52,511 nucleotides of DNA from an uncultured virus (IMG/VR IMGVR_UViG_2061766007_000712) (Duplodnaviria > Heunggongvirae > Uroviricota > Caudoviricetes): IMG/VR virus record IMGVR_UViG_2061766007_000712. One strand, written 5' to 3'. The position numbers and the translations under genes are program-made. Every line of letters begins with the position of its first letter. Within the stretch, counting starts at the first letter, position 1. Shown one piece after another: positions 10,705-20,355 of this stretch. Under the pieces are notes generated by a model. It did not search any database and was not told where the DNA came from. It was given only the letters and a program-made list of their open reading frames with translations.

Positions 10705-11057
10705 TATTTTCCACCTAAATGTACGTGTGGATTATTTCCAAAAGTATTATTTTTTATACTTATAACATTATAAATGTCATAGTCTTTTAAATCTTCTTGA
10801 GTATTTATTTCAGTTTCTAAAGTGCCTTTTACAATAATATCTCCAATTGCCAAATCTTTAATATCTAGTCCTTCATTAAGACTATATGGTATACGCACCT
10901 GTACGTCATTTGCATTGTCGTATCCTTTGTCTATTCCGGCACCTTTACCACCAAAAAACCATACTTTATCATAATTGTGTCTTACCCATATTTCTTCGTG
11001 TGTTGTTAAATCTAACCCACTCATGTGATAAATAGTTAAACTTGAATTAGTAATCAT
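10704..11057 (-). CDS. Head-tail adaptor/closure protein
   Basis: MITNSSLTIYH...; highly similar to 50829-51185. Confidence 0.75.
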   Translation of the reverse strand: MITNSSLTIYHMSGLDLTTHEEIWVRHNYDKVWFFGGKGAGIDKGYDNANDVQVRIPYSLNEGLDIKDLAIGDIIVKGTLETEINTQEDLKDYDIYNVISIKNNTFGNNPHVHLGGK

Positions 11058-11464
11058 TACTTAACTCCACAATATAAAATGTGTTCTCCATTAATTATAA
11101 CTCCTGTTAAATAAGTGTCTATTGTATTCATTAATTCAATATTCTTTGAACTTACAACTTCACTTATTTTATCAGCAGTAATATAACTAATTGAATAACC
11201 ATCTATGCTTTCACTAGCAACATTTCCATTGCTAGAAGTATTGCTAGTAGAATTAGCATAGTTATTAATACTATTTATCAAAGCATATTCACAAAGTTTT
11301 ACTTCTTGTGGTATTTCTTCGCTGTTCTTTACTCTGTTAAAGGTTTTTACGTCAATTTGTCGTCTTGCTTCAAATTCTAATAGATTAAAAGGCATTTCGC
11401 CAATTTCAGAACCACCTAAAGTTAAATATTCTTGATAGGTTAAGTATTGTCCTTCAAATGTCAT
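11057..11464 (-). CDS. Head-tail connector
   Basis: YLTYQEY...ARRQID...SESIDGYSISY; directly after the capsid gene. Confidence 0.8.
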   Translation of the reverse strand: MTFEGQYLTYQEYLTLGGSEIGEMPFNLLEFEARRQIDVKTFNRVKNSEEIPQEVKLCEYALINSINNYANSTSNTSSNGNVASESIDGYSISYITADKISEVVSSKNIELMNTIDTYLTGVIINGEHILYCGVK

Positions 11465-11481
11465 AAAATGCCTCCTTTATA

Positions 11482-12399
11482 TTATAAACTTACTGTTCCT
11501 TCTGGTTTTAATGAAGCGAATGGGAAACGAGTTTCAGTTTCGTTTTCAGCATTTACTGGGTTTGGAATTTCCCAACCAAGTCTCATAGTTACACGTAATG
11601 CAACCATGTCATCTTGTGCTAGGTTATATAAGATAGAACCGTCACTTGGATCTTGAATAACTGCTTCAGTTAATACTTTATAAGTTATATCATTTCTAAT
11701 TGCATATACAGCTTGTGAGAAGTCTCCTGCAATTAAAGTTGATTTAGTTTTGTCCCAAGTACCATTATCTAGGAATGTTCTATTTAAACTTCCAATTTCA
11801 GTTGTATTTAATGGTTGACCGTTCTTGTCAGTCATCATACGGAATTTACCTTTAAGTCCAACACCACCAAGTAAACCTGTTACGTTATAACCACTTTCTT
11901 CAACTTTAGTCATAACGTCGTTAATATCAGAATATAAGTTTCCTGTTTCATCAACTTCAGCACCTACTTCTTGAATTGAAGGAATTAAACCTTTTCTCCA
12001 GTCAGTTGGTTTACCAACACCATTGAAGATAGCGTCGTCAATTTTACGACCAAATGCTTCAACTAATCTTGGTTTTACTTGAGCCCAAATATCAATATCT
12101 GAATCAGCTAAATCGTTTTCTTTTATAGGAACGATTACAGCAATTTCAGCCGCATTGATAAATTTCTTGTCCCAAGCAACTTTTGTTAAATTTTTTCTAC
12201 CATTGTCTTGTGTTTCATCTACGAAATAAGCAATTGGTAGTGAATCTAAAATACGTAATTTTGTTTTGTCACTTGTCATGTTTGGTAGTCGTCTAAACAT
12301 TGAAAGTGCTTTTGAATCTCTAACTACTCCTTCAAATATTTCACTTGCAACTTGAGTTTCAATTAGAGCGTCAACGTCATTTCTACTAATTTTTGTCAT
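11482..12399 (-). CDS. Major capsid protein (HK97 fold), copy 1
   Basis: AYFVDE...EIAVIVPI...IDDAIFNG...GDFS...QDDMVALRVTMRLG; follows a scaffold gene. Confidence 0.9.
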   Translation of the reverse strand: MTKISRNDVDALIETQVASEIFEGVVRDSKALSMFRRLPNMTSDKTKLRILDSLPIAYFVDETQDNGRKNLTKVAWDKKFINAAEIAVIVPIKENDLADSDIDIWAQVKPRLVEAFGRKIDDAIFNGVGKPTDWRKGLIPSIQEVGAEVDETGNLYSDINDVMTKVEESGYNVTGLLGGVGLKGKFRMMTDKNGQPLNTTEIGSLNRTFLDNGTWDKTKSTLIAGDFSQAVYAIRNDITYKVLTEAVIQDPSDGSILYNLAQDDMVALRVTMRLGWEIPNPVNAENETETRFPFASLKPEGTVSL

Positions 12400-12419
12400 A
12401 AATAATTTCTCCTTTTCTT

Positions 12420-12899
12420 TTAATTTTCTTTTGAACTACGTAATATGTCATTCATTATGTCATTTGTTGTAGTTTCTTTTAAACCACCATTTAAGTTTGG
12501 CGAACTTTGTACTTTTCGAACTACGGTCTCCCCAAAGTATTGTGGATTTTCCTTTTTGTAGTTTTCAAGTGCAGTTTCGAAGTTTGTTTCATCATTTACT
12601 TGTGACATAACTTCACTTGTAACAAATTTGCTGAATTCTTTTTTTACGTTACTATTGCTCATTTGCAACTGAGCTTTTAAGTCTTTGTTCTCATTTGTTA
12701 CATTTTGTAAATTTTCTAAAGATTTGCTGTTTGATTCAATTGTACTATTTAACTCTCCAATTTGTTTTTTATAACCTTCAACTTCTTCTTTATAACTATC
12801 TATTTTTTCTTTATAGTTAGTTACATTCTTTCCATATTCAGCCATTATAGTATCAATAGTTTCTTGATCTAACTCTAACCCTTTTAAAAATTCACGCAT
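12420..12899 (-). CDS. Capsid scaffolding protein (Phage_GP20-like), copy 1
   Basis: MREFLKGLELDQETIDTIMAEYGK N-terminus; coiled coil; KKENPQYF. Confidence 0.85.
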   Translation of the reverse strand: MREFLKGLELDQETIDTIMAEYGKNVTNYKEKIDSYKEEVEGYKKQIGELNSTIESNSKSLENLQNVTNENKDLKAQLQMSNSNVKKEFSKFVTSEVMSQVNDETNFETALENYKKENPQYFGETVVRKVQSSPNLNGGLKETTTNDIMNDILRSSKEN

Positions 12900-13016
12900 A
12901 TAAATATCTCCTCCTATCGTTAGTTTTACGTGCCACGAACACGAGTGAATTGATACAAGTACCTTTGTACTCTAAAATCATTATACCACAATAAAAAAAA
13001 AGTGCCAAGTGGCACT
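12900..13016 (-). promoter_or_regulatory. Terminator-overlapped sigmaA promoter and structured leader of scaffold 1
   Basis: TTGGCA(13003-13008)-17 bp-TATAAT(12980-12985) with TG extension; two leader hairpins. Confidence 0.75.
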
Positions 13017-13026
13017 CATTTTTCAT

Positions 13027-13100
13027 TGGCAGGGGAAGTAAGAATCGAACTTACACCAAAGGTTTTGGAGACCTGTATTCTACCTTTAAACTATTCCCCT
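13027..13100 (-). tRNA. trnW: tRNA-Trp (CCA)
   Basis: AGGGGAA/TTCCCCT acceptor stem; CTCCAAA anticodon loop; GTAAG-TTCGATT-CTTAC T arm; encoded 3' CCA. Confidence 0.93.
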
Positions 13101-13115
13101 ATAAGAAAGCAAGAA

Positions 13116-14927
13116 TTAATCTTGCTCTTTTTTAAATTGTTCAAATGTTAATTTTGAGTTTGGGTGTTCTCTTTTATATTTTTCGTATGCTTTTTGTTGT
13201 AATGAATTAGTTATTTGATTTCCAGATGACTTTGTAGATTTACTTTCTTTTACTTGATATGGTTTATCATATTTACCAATGTTTACCCACATATAAGTTC
13301 CATGATTAAAGTAGTCAGTCATTGCGTCACTATCATCATAAGTGTATGAATCAGCCTGTTTATTTAATTCTTTCATGACTTCTTTTCCATAATCACTTAA
13401 ATACCACTCGTCACCTCTAACACTTTGGTTATCTCTTTTCTTTAATTCAGCTAAACTTTGTTTTGCATAGTTTCTTACGTCTTTATCAGTAAATGTATGT
13501 TCAGTTCTATAATTTGGAACATTATCATTTGCCCAACGCTCAAAACCCCAACCTCTTGTTATCTCTGAATTATATAATTTATCAGTGCTTAAATTATCAA
13601 TATCTTTATCACTAATATATAAATCTTTATCACTAGACATAACACTGAATGTTATAGAACTTCCACCACTATATACACTGCTCTTTCTTGCAATTTCTAC
13701 ATTTGGATATTTTTCTTTCATTGCACTTGTTATTGCTTTTGCTTGTTCTGAAGTTGTTAAGTTCTTATCAGAATTTACACCTTCCCAACCACTTCCAGAG
13801 TATGTATTTTTCATTGGCTTAACGCCACTTTCTTCCATTTTCTTTAAATCTTCTTTAGAATATTCTTTATCAGCATAGAATGGGTTTGTTGAAGATGAAA
13901 CAAATTTATCATTTTTTTGTTCTTCTAAACCTTTTGTAATTTCATTTGCTTTGCTTTGTAATTTATTTACTTTCTCATCTTTAAAATTACCTTTTTCTCT
14001 TTGCTTTTCCATTAGATAATCAGCAGTTCCCATTTTGCTTTGCTTTTCTTGCTCACTAACATTTTTAAATAAATTTTGTGCTTCTTCTTTATCTAAATTA
14101 TATTCGCTAGCTAAATCTCTAACAAAATCTTCATTACTATCCCAATTATCTCTATCTCCACCAAGATATTGTTTAATGTCATTTATAGCATTTGTTACTG
14201 ACTTTTCTTTTAATTTATTCCCTGCTTCAATTTGTTTTTCACTTAATTTTGGTTCTTCTTTACTACCTTTAAGTTGTTCTTGCCATTCTTTTAGATATTT
14301 TGTACTTCTTTCAAGTTCTCCTTTAGCATTAGTATAAGGTTTATCTCCTTCTTCTAATACTTCTCCTTCTTGAGGTTCTAGAATTTCTCTTGCTTTTCTT
14401 TCAAGTAATTCTTCTCCCATATTTTTTCCATAAACTTCTCTTGCAATATCTTTGGCAATTTCTAATCTTTCTTTATCTTCTGATCCTTTAATTGATTCAG
14501 TTACTTTTTCTAATTTTAAACCACGTCTATCCATTTCATCAAATACTTCATCATCATAAGCACGTCCACCCGGATTTTCTTCAGTGATTTGACATAATTT
14601 TGCTAATTCTTTTAATTCATCATCACTAAATTTTTCAAAACCTTTGTCATTATCTTTGTCGTATAAGTCCATTGCTTTCTTATCTAATGAATCAATGTCC
14701 ATTTTTTTATCTTCTTTTGCATAAGGACCTTTTTCAGTTTCTTTCTTAATATGACTTTCTTCTTCTTTTTTCTTTTTATCTTCTTCTTTTGCTTTTACAT
14801 AAGAACTTCTTAAATCGTTTTTGAATTTTCCACTTTCTATCATTGCGTCAGCTAAACTTTGACCGTCTTTAATGAAAACTCTACGACCACCAATAGTTCT
14901 CCAAACACCTTTTTCTTCACTTGCCAT
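13116..14927 (-). CDS. 603-aa head-module polyvalent-type protein with an LPD29-like C-terminal domain
   Basis: N-terminal GVWRTIGGRRVFI; C-terminal KEKYPNV...YSGGSSI...YDDSDAMTDYF pattern recognised as LPD29-like. Confidence 0.65.
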   Translation of the reverse strand: MASEEKGVWRTIGGRRVFIKDGQSLADAMIESGKFKNDLRSSYVKAKEEDKKKKEEESHIKKETEKGPYAKEDKKMDIDSLDKKAMDLYDKDNDKGFEKFSDDELKELAKLCQITEENPGGRAYDDEVFDEMDRRGLKLEKVTESIKGSEDKERLEIAKDIAREVYGKNMGEELLERKAREILEPQEGEVLEEGDKPYTNAKGELERSTKYLKEWQEQLKGSKEEPKLSEKQIEAGNKLKEKSVTNAINDIKQYLGGDRDNWDSNEDFVRDLASEYNLDKEEAQNLFKNVSEQEKQSKMGTADYLMEKQREKGNFKDEKVNKLQSKANEITKGLEEQKNDKFVSSSTNPFYADKEYSKEDLKKMEESGVKPMKNTYSGSGWEGVNSDKNLTTSEQAKAITSAMKEKYPNVEIARKSSVYSGGSSITFSVMSSDKDLYISDKDIDNLSTDKLYNSEITRGWGFERWANDNVPNYRTEHTFTDKDVRNYAKQSLAELKKRDNQSVRGDEWYLSDYGKEVMKELNKQADSYTYDDSDAMTDYFNHGTYMWVNIGKYDKPYQVKESKSTKSSGNQITNSLQQKAYEKYKREHPNSKLTFEQFKKEQD

Positions 14928-14976
14928 TTTCTTTTTCTCCTCTCTCTTATATAAGTTTAATATAANNNNNNNNNNC

Positions 14977-15828
14977 TTATAAACTTACAACTGGTCCAGT
15001 TGTTTTGATTTGTACACCTAAAGCATTTGTAACTTTAAGTCCACCTACTTCACGTCCTTGTAAAGCACTTGCTCCGATGTGTTTTCCATCTGCTAAATTA
15101 TTGATAGTTGGTTCAACAGCCCAAACTTCATATTTTTGGATGAATCTCTTATCATAGATAATAAATTCAACACCTTCTGGTAATAAATAGTTAGTTTTTA
15201 CTGGAACACCATTGATTTTACCAATAACACCTTCACGTATTAATTCAGCACCAAGTTGTCCTGAAGTGTTAGCAAATTTTTCATCAGTTAATAGTAATAA
15301 TTCAGTGTCTGCATCTATTACTATTCTCATTTGTGATACATCCATGTTTCTTTTCTTCATGTTAGACACTTCAGCAGCTATTTTTTTGTAAGCTGTTTGT
15401 TCAGTTAATGCAGTAGTGTCACTTGAAGTTGTACCATTGTTTACTAATGCAGAAATTGCCATGTTTTCTTTCTTTAATCCTAAAGAATAACCAGCGGCTT
15501 CAATTCTGTTAGCACGAATGTTATCAGGAACTGCATCTGCTTCATAACCATCAATTAATTCATTGATACCATAGTTTTTATCTACTGGTAAGTCTACATA
15601 ATCAGTAGCACTTTGTGTTAGTTCGATACCATTTAAAACATCATAGTCACTTATTGTAACTTGTGCGTCTCTTGTAGGAACTTTAATTGCTCCAGTTGCT
15701 CCGTCGATTTCATAATCTGTTGAGAAATCTTCGTAAATATTAACTTTAGCTTTAGCCATTGCTAAAACTTCAGTTGCATAAGTCTCACGTCTTTTGTGAG
15801 TACCATTTATAGCTATTGGATTAGCCAT
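14977..15828 (-). CDS. Major capsid protein, copy 2 (different family from copy 1)
   Basis: GAIKVP...ELIDGYEA...GVIGKINGVPV...ALQGREVGG; follows a scaffold gene. Confidence 0.85.
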   Translation of the reverse strand: MANPIAINGTHKRRETYATEVLAMAKAKVNIYEDFSTDYEIDGATGAIKVPTRDAQVTISDYDVLNGIELTQSATDYVDLPVDKNYGINELIDGYEADAVPDNIRANRIEAAGYSLGLKKENMAISALVNNGTTSSDTTALTEQTAYKKIAAEVSNMKKRNMDVSQMRIVIDADTELLLLTDEKFANTSGQLGAELIREGVIGKINGVPVKTNYLLPEGVEFIIYDKRFIQKYEVWAVEPTINNLADGKHIGASALQGREVGGLKVTNALGVQIKTTGPVVSL

Positions 15829-15846
15829 TTGTCATCTCTCCTTTTC

Positions 15847-16356
15847 TTAATCAAATAATTCTGGGTGTTTTGCTTTTAATATAGCACTTACACCATTTTC
15901 TTTTGGAACTGATGAATTATTGCTTGGAGTACCAGTGGCTTTTGGCTCACTTTTTTCTTCAGCAAATATTCCTTCTTTTCCTTCTGTAAAATTATTTAAA
16001 AGGTCGTTAATTGATTTACCTTTATTGCTTTCATCGTCTAGACTTTTTTTGATTTCACTAATGACAGCATTTTTAGTATAATCATTAACAAATTTCTTAT
16101 CTCCAAGTGCTTCTAAAATCTTATCATTTATGTTTCTATCAGCAACTTGTTTTTTTAAAGCCTCTAATTCTTCTAATGTTTTAGAATTGTCATCAGCTTT
16201 GCTAGATAGATCACTAATCTTTTTTTCATAATCACTTACTTTTTCTTTGTAATCATTAACTTGTTCTTTTAAACCAGTTATTTCTTTACCATGTTCAGCC
16301 ATTATTGTATCAATTAATTCCTTATCTAAATCTAATCCTTTTAAAAATTCACGCAT
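15847..16356 (-). CDS. Capsid scaffolding protein (Phage_GP20-like), copy 2
   Basis: Likely start MREFLKGLDLDKELIDTIMAEHGK at 16356 with GGGAG RBS. Confidence 0.85.
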   Translation of the reverse strand: MREFLKGLDLDKELIDTIMAEHGKEITGLKEQVNDYKEKVSDYEKKISDLSSKADDNSKTLEELEALKKQVADRNINDKILEALGDKKFVNDYTKNAVISEIKKSLDDESNKGKSINDLLNNFTEGKEGIFAEEKSEPKATGTPSNNSSVPKENGVSAILKAKHPELFD

Positions 16357-16473
16357 ATAATATCTTCTCCCTTCGCTTTTTTTCGTGGTCTCGTCCACGT
16401 GTGAATCGATAAAGTTCTCTCGAACTCTATATAAATTATACCATAAAAATAAAAAAGTGCCAAATTGACACTT
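16357..16473 (-). promoter_or_regulatory. Terminator-overlapped sigmaA promoter and structured leader of scaffold 2
   Basis: TTGGCA(16458-16463)-17 bp-TATAAT(16435-16440); leader is homologous to 12900-12975. Confidence 0.75.
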
Positions 16474-17194
16474 ATTTTTTAGTTTTTTTTGTTTTCTTTT
16501 CTTGTGTATGTTCCTTAATTTTATCAATTCCAACTAGCATAACTGCATTGTTTTCTCTTAAAAACTCATATCTTTCTTTAGTACAATTCCAAACACTAAC
16601 ATTTGCAGTTCTAGGTGTATCTGTTCCTGCTTCTGTTTTCTCTGCCGTATCATTAAAGTTAATAATTGCTTTTACTACATAATTTTTCATTTCTTCCTCC
16701 TTTATATAATATCCATATTGATAATTTTTAAAAATACATTTTAAATATGCGTATCTTTGTTTCATAATTTCATCTGTTAAATCACTTTGTTTATGTATTT
16801 CATATACATTGTCTTCTTCAATACCTTGTGGGCTTAAATAGGGCACTGCAACTATCATAAACTTGCACCTGTCATAAGCATATTTTAAGACTTTTTGAGC
16901 ATCTTTTACATCTAAGTGTTCAATTATATCTCCAAATATAATTATGTCGTAGTAATCGTACTTAAAATCTCTTATGTCGATGTTATATACCTTTTTATAT
17001 TTTTCTTCTAAATGAAAGTTATCAATATTTGGTTTAAATATTTCTACTGCCTCTATATTTGTAAAATAATCTTGTAAAAATGGTAAGTAAGTACCTTCTC
17101 CTGCACCTACGTCTAATATACTAGCCTTTTTAGTAAAAAGTTCTTTTAAATAATCAGTAATTTCTTTTTTATATATTGCGTATGATGTTGCCAT
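16472..17194 (-). CDS. Class I SAM-dependent methyltransferase with a small C-terminal extra domain
   Basis: ILDVGAGEG motif I; YDIIIFGDIIEHL; TAATG-coupled to the glycosyltransferase; internal AAGGAGG-ATG at 16690. Confidence 0.85.
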   Translation of the reverse strand: MATSYAIYKKEITDYLKELFTKKASILDVGAGEGTYLPFLQDYFTNIEAVEIFKPNIDNFHLEEKYKKVYNIDIRDFKYDYYDIIIFGDIIEHLDVKDAQKVLKYAYDRCKFMIVAVPYLSPQGIEEDNVYEIHKQSDLTDEIMKQRYAYLKCIFKNYQYGYYIKEEEMKNYVVKAIINFNDTAEKTEAGTDTPRTANVSVWNCTKERYEFLRENNAVMLVGIDKIKEHTQEKKTKKTKK

Positions 17195-18924
17195 TATATT
17201 TGTTGATACTCCTTTTTTGTAAGTTCTTTCCACTGCTTATCAAATTTCATTTGAACCCATTGCTTATATTTTTCATTTTTAGTATTTGCTATAAAATAGT
17301 ACATTTCTCCAAGATGTTTATAAATAGACATTTCCCACATTGCCTCACGTTTTGTTGTTACACTTGTAGTATTACTTCTATTCCATACATGAGTAGATTT
17401 GTTTAAACAAGTAAAACTATTTGATTTTTCGCATATTCTATAATGATGTACTCTATCTTCGGCAAGTGTACTTTCAGGGAATAATGTATCTTTTAATATT
17501 TCGGATTTTACAACCTTAGTCCATATAGCACATACATCATTAATAAATGCCTCATACATTGTTTGATAGTTTGGTCTAAATGGGAATAAATCTTCTACAC
17601 CATCTTTGTATAAATCAAATCCCAAAAACATTACATCTTCATCTTCTAAATTATCATTTATTTCTTGTAATGTGTTTTCATTTTTTAAATGGTCATCACT
17701 ATCTAAACAAACTATATAATCTCCCGTTGCTTCCATTATTCCAATATTCCTAGTTCCACCATTATATTTTTTATAAGGAACTTTCAATACTTTATGTGGT
17801 GATTTTAACATTTTATTTGCTATTTCAAGTGAATTATCTTCACTCATATCATCTATAAATATAATTTCATAATTTTTATAAGTTTGATTTAACACACTAT
17901 TTAAGCAACCTTCAAGCCATTTTGCATTGTTATAGTTTGGAATAATAATACTAAACTTATAATTTTTCTTTTCTATTGGTTCGATTAGTTTTAACCACTC
18001 TTTTCCATAATCAGGGTATTCATATTTAAAGCCTTTTTTTAAATTTTCTATTATATCTAAATCTAAATTAGACAAATCTTTTTTTACTACATACCCTTTT
18101 CCATCAGTTAATTCTTTTATAGCATTTGGGAAATCAGTACATACGCAAGGTGTTCCTAATATTAAACTTTCATACATTACCATACATTGGCTTTCATAAT
18201 CACTTAATTGCCACAAACTATCAGCCCATGCCATGTATTTGTAAGGATTATCTTGTTTGCCTTCCCATATTACGTTGTAATCAACTAATTCTTTTTTAAG
18301 ATTTTCACTATATTGTGGATATAAATAGCAACTACCAACTATTACAAATTGATAATCTTTGCCATGTCTTTCTTCACATTTGTCTAGTACTGCTTTTAAT
18401 CTAGGAAAACCTTTTTGTGGGTCTATTCTACTTACTATTAAAAAATTATGTTTTTTCTTTGGTATATCAACTTTTTCTTTTGCTAATTCTTTTATTTCTT
18501 CAGTATCAATAATGTTTGGTATAACAATGCAATCTTTACCTTTTCGTTCTTTAAATTGTTTTCTTGCTTCTTCTGATACTGCTACATACTTTTTAAATGG
18601 TATAACTTCTTCATAATTTTCGTTGCTATCAATTAAACATCCATTTATTACTTGCACATAGTTATTTTTCCTAGCTTTTACTTTTTTTAAATTATAAACA
18701 GCATCGTATATAACATAGTCAAACGTTTCATTTTCACACATATCAATATGTTTTACATTTCCTATTGTAGCCCATTTTTCTAACATATCAAGTGGACTAT
18801 CTACACTTGCAAATACAAAAGTTATATCATGTCCTTGCTCTGCTAGATATTTGCCTCTAGCAAACATTGTCTTTTCTACGCCACCGGTTTCAAATGGTCT
18901 AGTATAATACATCGCAATTTTCAT
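17194..18924 (-). CDS. Bifunctional glycosyltransferase (GT-B/GT4-like plus GT-A/GT2)
   Basis: GGVEK, VSRIDPQKG, SDYESQCMVMYES (GT-B); SIIIPNYN, IDDMSED, CLDSDD (GT2); likely start MKIAMYY at 18924. Confidence 0.9.
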   Translation of the reverse strand: MKIAMYYTRPFETGGVEKTMFARGKYLAEQGHDITFVFASVDSPLDMLEKWATIGNVKHIDMCENETFDYVIYDAVYNLKKVKARKNNYVQVINGCLIDSNENYEEVIPFKKYVAVSEEARKQFKERKGKDCIVIPNIIDTEEIKELAKEKVDIPKKKHNFLIVSRIDPQKGFPRLKAVLDKCEERHGKDYQFVIVGSCYLYPQYSENLKKELVDYNVIWEGKQDNPYKYMAWADSLWQLSDYESQCMVMYESLILGTPCVCTDFPNAIKELTDGKGYVVKKDLSNLDLDIIENLKKGFKYEYPDYGKEWLKLIEPIEKKNYKFSIIIPNYNNAKWLEGCLNSVLNQTYKNYEIIFIDDMSEDNSLEIANKMLKSPHKVLKVPYKKYNGGTRNIGIMEATGDYIVCLDSDDHLKNENTLQEINDNLEDEDVMFLGFDLYKDGVEDLFPFRPNYQTMYEAFINDVCAIWTKVVKSEILKDTLFPESTLAEDRVHHYRICEKSNSFTCLNKSTHVWNRSNTTSVTTKREAMWEMSIYKHLGEMYYFIANTKNEKYKQWVQMKFDKQWKELTKKEYQQI

Positions 18925-18940
18925 TTTATCACCTAGAATA

Positions 18941-18981
18941 ATTATATCATAACAAGCAAAAAAGGACAAATTATGTCCTTT
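18941..18981 (-). promoter_or_regulatory. Terminator of the accessory operon overlapping the glycosyltransferase promoter
   Basis: AAAGGACA-TAATT-TGTCCTTT plus T tract; TTGTCC-17 bp-TATAAT with TG extension. Confidence 0.7.
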
Positions 18982-19336
18982 AATCAATTTTCCAAGCACA
19001 TCGCATTATTCTTTCACTTGGATTAAATGTATCATATATAATGCCATCTATAATAGCAGTTATATGACCATTGATTGTTACTGCATATTTTCCATAGGGA
19101 TATTCTTCAGCAAATTCTCCTATTGTTTTTGAATAATGACATTCTCTTGGGTATCTATCATCTAAATAGTCTTCAATAAATACTACACTATCCATCATCA
19201 AACTATCTTCATTTGCTAATGTACTTAATTCTTCATAAACATCATGCCAATCTCTATTTGTCAATAAAGATATTGCCCTCAAAGTGCAATCATCAATATG
19301 CCTGTTATGTGGATTATTATTATAATATCTATACAT
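18980..19336 (-). CDS. Conserved phage protein with Cys/His/Asp, possibly a papain-like peptidase
   Basis: NNNP...DDCTLRAIS...GHITAIIDG..YDT. Confidence 0.7.
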   Translation of the reverse strand: MYRYYNNNPHNRHIDDCTLRAISLLTNRDWHDVYEELSTLANEDSLMMDSVVFIEDYLDDRYPRECHYSKTIGEFAEEYPYGKYAVTINGHITAIIDGIIYDTFNPSERIMRCAWKID

Positions 19337-19337
19337 A

Positions 19338-19797
19338 TTATCTCATACTATTTTGTAATGCTTCCATTAATTGTTGTTTTTGTTGTGGTGTTTCAGCTTC
19401 TTCTTTTAATACCATAACAAAATCTTCAAGTGCTTTTACCATATAATGAAAACTTTTATCGCTTTCTTGACTTCCTGCACCATATCTTTGACGGCTTTCC
19501 ATATAACGTCCATATTCTCCTGACATTCTATCTAGGGAATCATCACCGCGATATTTAATATCACGTCCACGCCTTCCATAATTTTCACCATAATTGCCAT
19601 ATTCTCCGTAGTTATCACGCCCATAACTATCATATCCTGGTCTTCTTACACTATAGTTGCCATAGTTTCCATAATTCATATTTTCTTCCTCCTTTGCTAT
19701 ATGATTGATTTTAGTTAGTTTATACAAATGATCTAGATTATTGGTAGTTATACCTTCATCTAGTATCTTATTTATGCTTTCTTCAGTTTTCTTTTCT
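19338..19797 (-). CDS. Tyr/Gly/Arg-rich hypothetical protein, 5' end in gap
   Basis: Open frame after the gap; YG-rich repeats; internal AAGGAGG-ATG at 19679. Confidence 0.7.
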
Positions 19798-20254
19798 NNN
19801 NNNNNNNNNNNNNNNNNNNNNNNNNNNNNNNNNNNNNNNNNNNNNNNNNNNNNNNNNNNNNNNNNNNNNNNNNNNNNNNNNNNNNNNNNNNNNNNNNNNN
19901 NNNNNNNNNNNNNNNNNNNNNNNNNNNNNNNNNNNNNNNNNNNNNNNNNNNNNNNNNNNNNNNNNNNNNNNNNNNNNNNNNNNNNNNNNNNNNNNNNNNN
20001 NNNNNNNNNNNNNNNNNNNNNNNNNNNNNNNNNNNNNNNNNNNNNNNNNNNNNNNNNNNNNNNNNNNNNNNNNNNNNNNNNNNNNNNNNNNNNNNNNNNN
20101 NNNNNNNNNNNNNNNNNNNNNNNNNNNNNNNNNNNNNNNNNNNNNNNNNNNNNNNNNNNNNNNNNNNNNNNNNNNNNNNNNNNNNNNNNNNNNNNNNNNN
20201 NNNNNNNNNNNNNNNNNNNNNNNNNNNNNNNNNNNNNNNNNNNNNNNNNNNNNN

Positions 20255-20355
20255 CAGCAAGAAGCACATCTAGTTCTAATAGTGGTTTCATCAAAAGTTA
20301 CTGGACTTGAATTACTTGGCAATACTAATGGTTCGTTTATAATTGTTTCTATCAT
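20255..20355 (-). CDS. Partial hypothetical protein, 3' part lost in gap
   Basis: AAAGGAG RBS; MIETIINEPLVLPSNSSPVTFD...RCASC. Confidence 0.65.

Noticed and set aside
11455..11495. AGT TTA TAA as a programmed frameshift site adding an Ig-like extension to the capsid
   Set aside because: At this capsid, both shifted frames and read-through hit stops within about a dozen codons, and one SL gene uses different codons.
19741..20355. Long ORFs of 165-318 aa in the ORF track
   Set aside because: They are artefacts of translating through a ~457-nt N run.
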